In this document: positions 24,301-36,300 of the stretch, piece after piece
Layout: each line of letters begins with the position of its first letter
Numbering within the stretch: the first letter of the stretch is position 1
Assembly: GCA_002633005.1 (NCBI GenBank)
Contig: NMRA01000097.1
Coordinates: 645,734-709,733, forward strand
Source: Phoronis australis
Taxonomy: Eukaryota; Animalia; Phoronida
Direction: 5' to 3'
DNA: 64,000 nucleotides
Position numbers and translations under genes: made by a program
Notes under the pieces: model-generated
Databases searched by the model: none
What the model saw: the letters and a program-made list of their open reading frames with translations, nothing else
What the model was told of the DNA's origin: nothing

Positions 24301-27300
24301 AACGAGTAAGCCATATGAAACCTATGTGCAGGGATATCCCCGAGCACAAATCCAAGCATGGTGCAAACTGTGGGTCATGTTTCAGCAACCTAGCCTTTCT
24401 GTCAGTTAACTCACAGATACAACATAGCAGCATCACAATGAAAACAAAAAGAATAAATATTAGTATCCCTATGTCTTATATAAAATAAACCAATCTAAAT
24501 ATGAATCAAGATTTTAAACATTGCTCAATTTTTTAAATATGGCTCAAGATTTCCAAACATGGCACAAAACTTGTCAAACACAGTAGAGCACCCTGTTCGA
24601 AAGCATGCCCAGATAACTGGAATTTTGATACAAAAACTAGATTATACACTTGAGACAATGACGGGATTGAGCACCTACTTTCCGTCGTTTCTCTTCTAGT
24701 TCCTGGCGTTTTTTCTCCTCTCGCTCTTTAATTCGTTCAGCCAGCGGCTTCTTCTTTTTCACCTGCACCGCTGGCGTGGCTTCATCTGAAAACGCAACTT
24801 ACAAGTGGGTTGGAGGTATGGACATGGTTAAACAGTGTTACAATGCAGTTTTTGCATGATGTCCGAAATTCAGACACCAAATCTTGCCCCCTACATAAAA
24901 CACATTAAGGAAAACTCTTTCTATCAAGCATTTACTGAACGACTACATGGAGACCATTTTCTGTTTTCTACATGGATGTGCTTTGAGAAGAGTAAGTCAA
25001 TTTCTTTGCAACTTGCACAACCATGAAAGTTTTGAGACATCCAATTGTAGCAGACAAAGAAGGAATTGGATCGAACATTGCGATTATTAAGATCATGGGA
25101 AATAACATGGAAACTGCCATTTTTAGCTACTAGTTAACCACATTGAGAAACCGTCGTTGAAAAAGCAGGGCACCTAAATTCCAACTCACATGTATAGACA
25201 GGGCCATAGACAACCTACTGTGCACATGGCCTGAACAAAGCTCCATTAAAGTTTGAAAATGAGTAAGCAAGTTGAAATTCTTCACATGAGGACACAACAA
25301 TGCTACTATTGTGATAACATTAGCTTTGGTACTTGATTTAATTTCTTTATTGCACTGCAGTGATTAACACAAGGAATTTTACATGATTGGTAACTGAGCA
25401 ATGCTTGTATTTAGGCCTACGCACCTACGGTGTATGTGAAGTATCCCCTATGTAAAGTTTTAGGCACACTTGCGAAATGTGTACTTTTGACAACACACAT
25501 TATTTCAATCAGTGAGGTCTATCGATGCCATTTTGTTTAGAGCATTGCTCTTTTGTTTATGTGCCACTTGGGTCTACTCTTGTTGCGTGTTTGTTTCTTA
25601 TTGGCAGACATCTTGCTCCATTCACTTTTCAAATATGCAGCATCAGTATACAAGTTTTTTTTGAAGGAGGAAGCCGTTGTCAGTAGGTGGATTGTGTTGA
25701 ATAATTCACGCGTAAACCTAACCGCATGCCTTGTTGTTCTTTCCTGCATGACAGACTTTCAGCTGTACAGAATGCTAAGCCAATTGGCGAAATTAAATTA
25801 TGCCCAGCAATGAATGCAGCTTGGAACAGCTTGTCTACATCTGCCAACCTATGCATACTATCATGCCTGTACAGTAAAAAATGACACTACAAAATGGGGC
25901 TGCTATAATGACGAGCACAAAAACAGAATACCGAGCCTACCGTCTTTTTTCTCTTCATCTGACATTTCCCAGCTATCCTGCAAAAGGAAAAACAACTTTA
26001 AGAGAAATAGTGGCATACTAAATGTTCATTTGATCTTAAATATTCAGATTGCTACACAAAGTTTAAAGTATTAGATTGACCTAAATATAGGATGTTTTAT
26101 AACATCTCATCAGAATCAAAGTTTGAGAACAAAATAACACCAATTTCCATTCCGTTGTCATGCATTCAATGTCCAGTAGCATCTCATTTTTACAGCGGTG
26201 CCTCATTTTGAATGACAGCGCACAATTTAGACCCGTAAGTCAGCCCAGAGTGGACAATTGCATAAAACGGTTATAAAAGCAGAAACTACAATCTCTCTCC
26301 ACAATGAAAACATTTCAATGAACAGAAACTCTTCCACTGTTTCAGTTTTCATTTGTCTTCAGCAGAAGTCAAAACCCGGCTGAGCAAGTGCATTTGTGTG
26401 TCATATCGAGAAGGTAAAGAGATACTTAAACCTCAGTGAAGATTGCATGTACTTTGGTCGTCTGCACTGATTCATCGAAAAAAATGCTGTGCTGTCATAA
26501 GATTACATTTCATGAATTATTTTGTTGCTGACAGAGGTGTGTTCTAGCAGCAAATATATCAAAACGCACGAGCTGCAATTTGGTGACAAAGTTCCTGTGG
26601 CCATTACATGGTTAGTAAGCTTAGTGCAGTGTGGCATAAGCAGAAACTAGGTGTCCAGTATTTAGGTTCTCTTCAGCTTTACAGTAACATTCCTTAAAAA
26701 TCAGTCAGAGCATAAATATAGCTAGCGGTAAAAAATTTTTAGTAATAGAACAAGTTAAGTCTTGATTTTCAGAAAAGAATTTACAACAACCTGTAGTACT
26801 TCCAATTAAATATAGGGCTAATGGAAAATGTACCAAAATGTCCAATATTTAGGTCAATAGACTGATCTAGACTCTAGATGGATAGACAAAATGACCCAGA
26901 GTTCCCTTACAGGATAGTTGGGCAGAGACTGAGGTAATTGTTTACAATATGACGACAATGACTTAGACATACGATTTTGGTATCGTTCGATTCCTCGCAG
27001 TGATATATTTCCAAATATACACAGAAATTCCTCCTACCCCGTTCCCTTAGTATTTTATCGTGAAATTTCTTGTAGCACTATTTTCTGGTACGCGGTATAA
27101 TAGCGCCATGTTGAATGGAAGGAGTCACCTGGCGGTCAAAAACTGAACTAATTTACCGACTTGCAGATCGTCGCTTTCCATAAGTTCAAATTGACCGAGA
27201 CCCGTCAATCCCCTGCCCGAGTTACGGAATCAAGGATTAGAATTCGATCCTATGGTGACCCTGATATACGCACCTGCTAGCAAGAATCCGCTAAAACAGC

Positions 27301-28281
27301 GGAGGTTGTTTTTGAGGTCCAAATTTGTGAAAAGAGTATCATTTCAGACAATTCCGTGGAAAAATGGTTAAATGGTCACAATTTTAAAAAAATGGAAAAG
27401 GTAAAATGCTTCTACTTGTTCATCAATATTTATTATGTCAGGAAAATTTTAGCGGGAATCTAGCGCAGGCAAACACCATTCAGAATCAATGATGCTGTTT
27501 CATTCATTAACAGTAGGTGTCGCTGTAATCTTGTTGAGCTAANGTTAGTACCTAACGTGCAGACGAGCGTTCCAAATTGGAACGCTAAGTCCCGCGTGGC
27601 AGCGCTGCACGCGAAACAAGATGGCGGACGACCTTTGGAGACTGACGACGAGAGGTAATCGGACTATAATACTTCCAATTAAATATAGGGCTAATGGAAA
27701 ATGTACCAAAATGTCCGATATTTAGGTCAATTGACTGATCTAGACTCTAGATGGATAGACAAAATGACCCAGAGTTCCCTTACAGGATAGTTGGGCAGAG
27801 ACTGAAATAATCGTCTGAGTAGCATTTCATGAGTGAGAGTGAAGGCAACTTTGATTGGGCAACTATTGGTAGACAGTCAATGAGTAAGTAATTTTTGAAA
27901 AGCAATTTTAGAACTGAAGACCTTCCTTTAACAGTCTAAACCATTTAAGGGCATAATTGTACCAATGACATTAGGACATGGGTAAACGAAACTCTGAATC
28001 TTAAAACAATCAAGAGCCACAAACGGCAGGGAAAAGGGTGTAGGAAACATTTCCTTTCGCGGGGCTAAGTGAATTCCGCTCCCTCACCGGAATATCTTCC
28101 TCGTCTTCACCTTCCCATTTATCTGTTGGTGCGACATGTTGAACGTCATCAGCAGGCTCAAAATCTTCGTCGTCTGAAAATACGCCAAATTTGAAAAATC
28201 AAGAACATTGGGAATAAGCAGCATGTAACAAACAGAGAAAATATGCCACACAGGAACACGATACTCACCCCAAGAAGACAT
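18372..28281 (-). CDS. EIF3J: Eukaryotic translation initiation factor 3 subunit J (9 exons, 236 aa)
   Basis: Exons 28269-28281, 28088-28173, 25941-25977, 24679-24785, 23189-23297, 21569-21684, 20230-20287, 19241-19314, 18372-18482; all GT-AG and phase-consistent (711 nt). Protein MSSWDDEDFEP...DKWEGEDEEDIPDSWE...KKKKPLAERIKERE...TPEQVLAEKLRLQKLQEDSDL...IEAMNPSTPEEFDEF...YVTFLENLFRD...DPEDIKRLGSTL...EFEDFM* carries the eIF3j hallmarks. Confidence 0.96.
22608..23113. mobile_element. MITE, 506 bp, 13-bp TIR, 6-bp TSD (eIF3J intron 5)
   Basis: cagggcttggaat ... attccaagccctg, flanked on both sides by aataat (22602-22607 and 23114-23119); no coding capacity. Confidence 0.85.
26797..27805. repeat. 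136-bp near-identical direct duplication (26797-26932 and 27670-27805) bracketing about 740 bp
   Basis: tacttccaattaaatatagggctaatgg...gatagttgggcagagactga occurs twice with about 2 substitutions, in eIF3J intron 2. Confidence 0.9.
27540..27668 (+). repeat. Short interspersed element, copy 1 (about 128 bp)
   Basis: gttagtacctaacgtgc...caagatggcggacgacctttggag...cggactata; second copy at 42461-42588. Confidence 0.85.
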
Positions 28282-28324
28282 CTTGAATGCAGTCCCAGAA
28301 TAATCACGTTTTCACGCGCGAATC

Positions 28325-28333
28325 GGAAAAGAA
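28325..28333 (-). promoter_or_regulatory. TCT/5'-TOP-type initiator candidate for eIF3J
   Basis: Minus strand TTCTTTTCC matches the TCT consensus YYC+1TTTYY, 50 nt upstream of the ATG; an ETS-like CCGGAAAC lies about 30 nt further upstream. Confidence 0.5.
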
Positions 28334-29252
28334 CTCTTCAATGAGATGAGACTTGTTTCCGGGGTCTTTTCTTAAGACAACAGTGGTCGAAAATGCTTAA
28401 ATTTTTGAAAATTACTTTCTAAATTGAACTTTGAATTGCAGTGACAGTTGCAATAAAATTAAATTCGAACTTTATATGAGTTTCTGATTAATATTATTAG
28501 TTTTAAAATCTGTATTAGCAGTATATTTTATTTTCGAGCAATAGGTCTTGCATCTCCAACCAAGCCACTGGAATGGGCAGTAATGATGGCCAATGCCTTG
28601 CAAAGGAAGCGTATACTGATCCTTCCCTGTAGCAATAATGGCAACCTAACGTAAGTGATAGTTCAAAGCAACTCTAGAGGATAATACTTTAAATAATTTT
28701 GTCATTTTTTGTAATTGCCTGCTCGTAAATCCCATTCACTTGTAGGAGCAAGTCATTTAGAATGATTTAGATCAAGTTCTTTTCTAGACTTTGCCGAGTC
28801 AACAAATTCCAAAATTTGTTTTGTTTTGTAAAGCAATTGGTTAAATCAAAACAAGCCTGGTATATTTGTGTAAATATATCCCCCGTGTTTCCTGTTGTTT
28901 AGTGAATATTGTTGTATTACAACAGATTCACTAATTAGACTTCTAGAACTAGTACTCACCAGACACCAGTTAAAACACAGCTGTCCAAGCTTGAAATTGA
29001 ATAAAATCCAATCAAGGTGCTTGTCACTGACACCCTGATTGCACTCTGAAAAACTGCCAGCAGCCACCTGCCAGCAGTGTAAATGAAGGAAACATCTGGG
29101 AAACCATAAAACTGACATATATCATGAGACACCACATCGAAAGATCAAGGACCAGTGATGTTGACGATTACAACAGTATCACTGCAAATCTCATCATTTG
29201 AAGGAAAATGTGAGTGATGACATTGTACGGGATAGTTAACTCATAGACAGTA

Positions 29253-29404
29253 CATGGGCGGCGCACTATAGGAGGCTGGGGGGGCTATGCCTCCCCCCCT
29301 TACTTTTTTCAGTGCTGCACCACCCAATGGTCTGTGGGCGGTGCACCGCAGGGGGGCTGGGGGAGATATAGCCCTCCACTTTTTCCAGTGCTGCGCCACC
29401 CATG
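29253..29404. mobile_element. MITE, 152 bp, CATG termini, 5-bp TSD
   Basis: catgggcggcgca ... tgctgcgccacccatg, flanked by cagta (29248-29252 and 29405-29409). Confidence 0.85.
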
Positions 29405-29563
29405 CAGTACCACTTCTCAAGTAGAGAGGGTAGTCATCCCTTGGACCTTCCATACGCCAGAAGCTTTTCAGTGATTTGAAAGGTTGAAAGGATCCATCAC
29501 AGGAAAACTGCATACTCATTAGAGTCTAAAAATTTATCATGGTCAGCTGAGAGTGCGATTTGA

Positions 29564-30035
29564 CATGATGGCGTTTTCCTGTTCAGTGACTTGACCAGAC
29601 GTAGAGGGTTGTGAGCGTGTGATAACATCTAGCTCCTTTGTTAACTGCCAAGCACAGTCTTTTGTCTGGTATCAAAACAGGCTGGCCAATTATCTACCAT
29701 GCTTATTACAGACCCCATGTGAACACAGTCAAACACAGAGCAAATTGGTGTGTTCGGAAAGAATAGATTGTCGTAACTTAGGTTGTAGTTGGGCGATTTT
29801 GGCGACTCATAAAGTATAAACATGATCACCATTTGACGAGGCTTTCAGAAATGCTATTGGTTTATGTTTAGATATGTTATAACTTAATTTTTATTTTTAA
29901 CAGCACAGCCCAGTCAGGCTAGATATGATCTTATTGGAGATTAGAGCATGCAATTATCGAACAAAAGAGAGCTGGCCCTCCAACCATGAATGCCAGAATG
30001 GAGTTAATCAGTCGTGTAAGATATTGGCTACAGGG
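29564..30035 (+). repeat. Interspersed repeat, about 470 bp, copy 1
   Basis: Aligns by eye along its length with 37160-37628 (shared gaaagaatagattg, aacatgatcaccatttgac, aatgccagaatggagttaatcagtcg, gtaagatattggcta). Confidence 0.85.
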
Positions 30036-30386
30036 GTTAGCTTCTCAACTTGTTGTTGGGCTATAGAATCGAACAAGTTGGGAGCAACGGAAAAACGCCG
30101 CCATGAACCAACAACTTCTTAGCTGACACGTAAACACAAGCGGTTTAATCGAACCAACCAAAGAGCAATTGCCTCAAAAAGGCTGGGAGCATTATGCATG
30201 TTTTATACCACTATTCATTTCTAATATCAGTATTGCATCAGTAAAGCAGTAAACAAATCAACATCAGTGCATTTACTCTTTTAGAAATACATGTTGTGAT
30301 GACCTGTTCACTCAAGTACTGCAACGTAATGTAAATTATTTTTTATCAATTTCAGAGTGTCCCTGCACTTCATGTGATAAAACTCC

Positions 30387-33300
30387 ATGAGTCATTCTCA
30401 AAGAAAATCAGTTACATGGTGTGAATCATTGTTAACAAACTCTGTCAGTAATGCCGCCCAACCAGGGACCCTGCTGATATCGCCCCCTCCAGTGATGTCA
30501 AGCTACAGTGGCAATGAAACGTCTGAGGCTACTCTGGCATCTGAACCCATGTCAGGGGAGCAGATTTCACCTAGAATGACAGGTACATGTATTCTGTTTG
30601 ATATTTGTATGAAAACCTTGAATTAAATGTTTAGCCCATTAATAACCTTGGTCTGAAGCATTTAACCTCCTGCCAGTTCTTCAACCATAGACAACATTAG
30701 GTTCCAATGTAAGTACGGAACAGAATGAATTTTGTTTCTTGTTGATAATTGGTGTGTGCTGATAGCCACGGGTTTATAGTCCTTTAACCAGTTCATAAAT
30801 TTGTAAGTGTCATGTGAACATAAACATATAATCCGATTCGTCGTCCTGATGACTGGCTTAATTCCTGACCCAAGTAATAACCACAAAGGGACCCAGCAAA
30901 ATCTCATGGGAGTGGGCTGGGCAAACAGTTGCTGACTGGTGTCCGCATCTGGCCGAAAACCTTTTGGCCTGTGCTGTATGTTGTGTAAATTAGCTCTACC
31001 AATGTTGTACTGCATCAGTTAAGCAGAGCAGTCCTACTAACGCACCAATCTGGTCTTTAATTCAGATTCAGTGAGGACAAAGTCAGCAGGGAGAAGAACA
31101 AGCACCCCCAGGCGCCCCTCTGCCAATCGTCCTGCCGTGGGTGGGAGCCCTCGAGGTTCCAACATTACACGACTGCCTAGTTCAAACACTAATAGATCCC
31201 CAACAACGTCAACATTGCCTTCAGTTTCCAATCCTGGCTCCCCTAGGGCAGTACCTCCCAGCTATAGCAGTGGTGGGATGAACGAGGGAATCACAACGAT
31301 GAAAGCCATGGTTGTTTCCAGGGGTACTACATCGTCTCCAAAGGCAAAACCAAAGGTATGATTATGGCACTGTCACATGGTTTATATTTTAGTATGTGAA
31401 CATAATCAATGTTATCCTCAGGAGCTACCTTCAATCTGATTATGTGTCAGTTCTCATACTGATAGACAAAAGCAGAATTTTTTGTTCTAGTGTTGTGGTC
31501 GCTTGCTGTGGGCCCATGATGTCGTGGCCTCAGTAACTACGGTAATTTTGGTAAACTTTTCACTCGAAATCTTCCAGTAGAGTTCCTTGTCATCTGTTTG
31601 GTGCCAACTCTTCCAGATCTTGGTCCTGTGTTAACCAATAATTAGAGCAAATTAATGCTGCAGCGCTTCTGGATTCCAAGCTCATCTACCACACTGCTGA
31701 GTTTGGTAATTTCCAATTTAGTGTTTATTACGGCGCTTTTGAATTATGCATCCTAAGGCTTTATCTTGTGCATGACTTTAAACCACGCGTGTTCATTGAG
31801 ATATGCACAAGATTTAGTCTGGGATAATTGAGGACATGCAGACAGTAATTTTCCATCCTCGTGAGGTCAATACCAGTTTCGATGAAGAAGAGATGTCACT
31901 CAGCCTACTTTTATTTTATTAAGTGCCACCAAGGAAGGACTCAGGCGTCATCATCCTCTCCCCATTTTACGGCCAACATCCAAATAACAATAATGATGAT
32001 AGTAATAGTTTGCCAAAATTGGTCTTTTCCATTTTTCAAGGCTCTTAACATTGTCGTGGATGCTTGCAATTTCTAAAACACTTTTTGATGGTCCCTTTAG
32101 GAATGATATAGAGCTTGATGAGGAATTAAGTTTTTATTGATTGTTACTTGAAAAAGAAATAAAACTAAATTTTACTAGCCTACCGTTGTGTGTCCTAAAT
32201 TAGCGAGATGTCACCGCAGTGCATTCAAGCTGTCCGTGCAGTTGATTCAATGCATGGGTTTTGGTGGGGCACATTTATTTTATGCTTTCAATTTTACAGT
32301 CACGTGTCAATATTTTTTCTTCGAAAATTTTAATGTTAAAAAGTAGTCAACCTTCAACCAACTTGACTCTGAGTCAGGTTCATGATGCTCACTCTGATTC
32401 TGTACTTCACGTGTATGATCCCAGGCTGACCAATCACTGCTCATGCATTGGTAGTGCTTGTGTTTTTTAGACTGGTAAGCAGGCGAAGCCACTGACCATT
32501 GCTCACCGTCCTGGACCCCAGCAGAAGCAGATGGTCCCGAAAGCATTCCAAGAACCTCACCCATTCCACGAAGTTACTGACCCACTTACGGGTGGCAAAA
32601 TTCTTGCGCCTGAAGGTACCAATTTTTTTTTTAAAATCACTTACAGATTTTCATTCTAGTAATTAGTGTTTTTAAAAATTGTGTCGCAGAATAATTTGCA
32701 TTTTAGCTTGCATGCTTTGCCTATGAAAGGTGTTATGCAGATGTTATGTTTAAGCGTGCTGTGTGCGAAATGTTATTTAGCTTGTTTTGGTTAGCTATTG
32801 ATTTCTGTGTCTCAGAAATGTATTACACTGTTTCGTTTTTTGTGAAATATCTCTTTAAATGGCTTTTGTGATTTAATAGTTGTTTTTTAAAACATTTAAT
32901 CTCATTCTAATTTTGTAACAACTAGAACAAAAAGTCAAAGAACATTATAAGATTGCTCCTGCTATCCCGGGTTTGCATTATGCACTTTTTTATCAGTATT
33001 TCATTACACGTACCCAGCATCATAAATTCATCAAGTATAATTGTTAGGCCGTGTTCTGCTTAGCTGGACAGCGTAATGGATTTCTGCCATGATGAATACT
33101 ATATTTTGGTAGCAAATTTTTTATGACAGGCCCATCAGCAGAATATGCAGGCCTGATTTCAGACTGGTTAAATAAGCACGCATCACGTTTGCTTGCGAAT
33201 GTTGACCCTTGTCTTTGTAAAATGTAGCGCTTTTAAATTTGTGTCTTGGTACATGTAGATGTTGTGTGTCAGAGATGTTACGTGTTGATTCATTCGTTCC

Positions 33301-36300
33301 AGGATACAGCATGAGACCCATTGTACCAGCAAAAAAGTTTGAGGTCGTTGCTATGGCGAAGGCTATGAACGACGACTTTGGTCCTCGGGTTAAGCAGCTG
33401 TTCGATCCGGAGAGGCAAGCAGCATTAGCTGCCCAGCAAACAGGTATGGAGTAGTGACATGTAAAATGAAGGAGAGTCACTTCTCACAAGCATCTTATGC
33501 AATTTTGAATCAAACAGGTGTGGAGTAGTCATGTAAAATGAAGGAGAATCACTTCTCACAAGCATCTTATGCAATTTTGAATCAAACAGGTATGGAGTAG
33601 TGACATGTAAAATGAAGGAGAGTCACTTCTCACAAGCATCTTATGCAATTTTGAATCAAACATGTTCAGACATTATTAAATTGTCTCTTTTTGCTTCAGA
33701 CTTCTGCAGAATTTGTTGCATGTTGAATCACGGTTACTCTGAAGAATATATAGAGCATGTTGCAACACGGTTACTCTGAATAGTATATAGTACTTGTTGT
33801 GCACACAGGCAATTTTGGTTGATTAGAATTTATCTTAACACATACTTTGTATGAAGATTATGATACGATATACCATAAGTGGTTGATGAGAATTCATGCT
33901 AACAGTTAATATAGTTTTCGTTCAAGGCTCATCAATGGTCGATAATTTCATTATGAGATTTCTTATCACTGATCAATGATAAATGGTCACTATGATATCA
34001 GACTGATCATCATTAATCCTCAGTCTCATATGAATTCTCATCAACCAAAATATGGGTGTATACCATTGCTTGAATATCTGTCAATTATTAAGAACACAAT
34101 CACTTTTTACGGCTGGAAGTACTCATTTTGGTATTATCGTCGTGTGTTATAAACTTCGTGAAGTTACTAGTATTGACCAGATCTNCATAATGTGGTTGTA
34201 TACATTGCCTGAATATCTGTCATAGGAACACAGTCGCTTTTACTGCTAGAAATACTCATTTTGGTATTAATTATCGTTGTGCATGGGCGCACCCAGGCGG
34301 GACTCAGAGGGCTCGAATGAACCCCCCCAATTTGGCGAATTCAGCAAAAAGGTCCGCTTCAGTGAAACACAAAGTCTGAGTAAATGAGACAAAAGTCCAC
34401 AAAATCCACAGGAAGTCGGCGCGTATGCACGATTCGTGAGCCGGAACCCAGTGCGCTGTTGTTTTTTTTAGTGGAACAGCAAAGTCTGTTGTGTTTCTAT
34501 CTGCCAAAATTGTCAATTATACCGACGTTGGATTCCAGTCATTCCGTAGAATTGACCAGAATCAAGACCAGTGTCAGTAGCAGCAATTAAATCCACTAAT
34601 AGAATACTCAGCTACTTGGCTACATGTTGGCTCTAGAAGTTAAGTGTAAGATTTGGACCACTAAGGTCTTCAAGGTTCGAATCCACCTTGAGGCATAACA
34701 TTGTCGCTGATAATGTCACTTAACAGCAAAAACTATTCTATCATACTTTCAATGATTTTGCACTCAAGACTTAGAAAAGTGGTGTTTAGATGTTCTAGGT
34801 CCCTTCAATCTCCCTCTGCAGGTGTCTACATTGGTTGGAGATGCCCAGAGTTCAAACATGACTGTCAACGTGTGGGAACCATGTCCAAGTGTTTCTGTGG
34901 TCATTTACTTGGAGAGCACAAACAGTTTACAGGTAATATCGACAGTATACCTTACTTTGATGTACTCCCAACGTGACTGACCCTGTCTTAGGAAAATTTG
35001 GTTGTACGCTGTCCAGTTGGTCACGTGTTTTAAGCTTGTTTGCCAATGCAACCTCATTAACCAGTTTTAACTTTAACTGAACTTAAAAGTTCTGTATATT
35101 GCATCATCTTAAAGTGACATGAATCTTCTGATTACCGGCCTTTAACAACTGGCGTCATTCATGACATTTGCCACTAAAAATGAGACACTGATTAAAATAC
35201 ATCAGTCTTGACAGTGTTGACCCACCTTGTGATGTGTCTCAATTCCGTGGCATAAAACAATGGCTAGAGCTAGGAACATTTAGAAACTAGCCAATATTTC
35301 TACCAGTTTGTGTTTAGGCCATATGGACATTAATGTGAGGTTGTGTGATGGAAAGGGCTGGGCAACCAATCTTTTACATGATTGAGTTATATGTGGATAT
35401 TCTCGTGTGCAATACAACACAGTTCGATTGGTAGCATAAGTCGCCATTTCGTATTCCGACGCAAACGCTCCCTATTGGAGCACCACCATTGTTGGGTGAC
35501 TGGATGCTGTTTGATGTCTGTAAGATGGCAGTGGGCAGCCAATAGGATGGCAGTGGGTGGCCAATAGGATGGCAGTGGGCGGCCAATAAGATGGCACTGG
35601 GCGGCCAATGGGATGGCACTGGGCGGCCAATGGGATGGCACTGGGCGGCCAATAGAATAGCACTGGGCGGCTATCAAGGTGGCACTGGGCGGCCATCAAG
35701 GTGGCACTGGGCGGCCAATAGAATGGCACTGGGCCGCCAATAGGATGGCACTGGGCGACCAATAGGATGGCACTGGGCAGCCAATAGGATGGCCCTGGGA
35801 GGCCAATGTATCACCTGATTGTTGGGTGACTGGATTTTTTGTGCTATTCTACAGGTGTCTACATGCCACTTCATTGTCACCGTTCAACTAAATATTTGTG
35901 CATTGTACTGTAAGCAGGAAGGAGTCCATTTACTAGGTGTTTGCATTATCACGTGACCATCCACAGGTAAAAGCCTCCAGGTGCCATGTGCTCAAGCCCG
36001 CTGCAAGTGTCGCTCGTTCCAGTGGATCCCGTCTCGACCTGAAGAGGTGGGCGAGTTCTGGTTCCAACGCCGTCGAAACTTTGACCCGAGCCAGTGGAGG
36101 GCTAAGTGCAAGTGTAAACACCCACATGACCAGCACTGTGCTATGATGAAAAGATGCCAAGCTAAAGGTTTGACATATTTGCTTCCCTGATACAACGCTG
36201 CAGCAAGTACTGTCTGTTGTGTTTGCTCAACTGTGAAATTTACACAGCACACTTGGTCAATTTATGGTACCCGTCAAAAACACCGAAATCACCCTTTCAA

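Noticed and set aside
28926-29209. Coding first exon of FAM221B
   Set aside because: All three frames contain stops; treated as a probable 5' UTR exon.
34615-34700. tRNA gene suggested by GGTTCGAATCC
   Set aside because: A perfect B-box, but no convincing cloverleaf or acceptor stem; at most a SINE remnant.
35374-35880. Repetitive ORFs (AAQCHPIGRPVPSHWPP...)
   Set aside because: They are translations of the 21-bp minisatellite inside a FAM221B intron.
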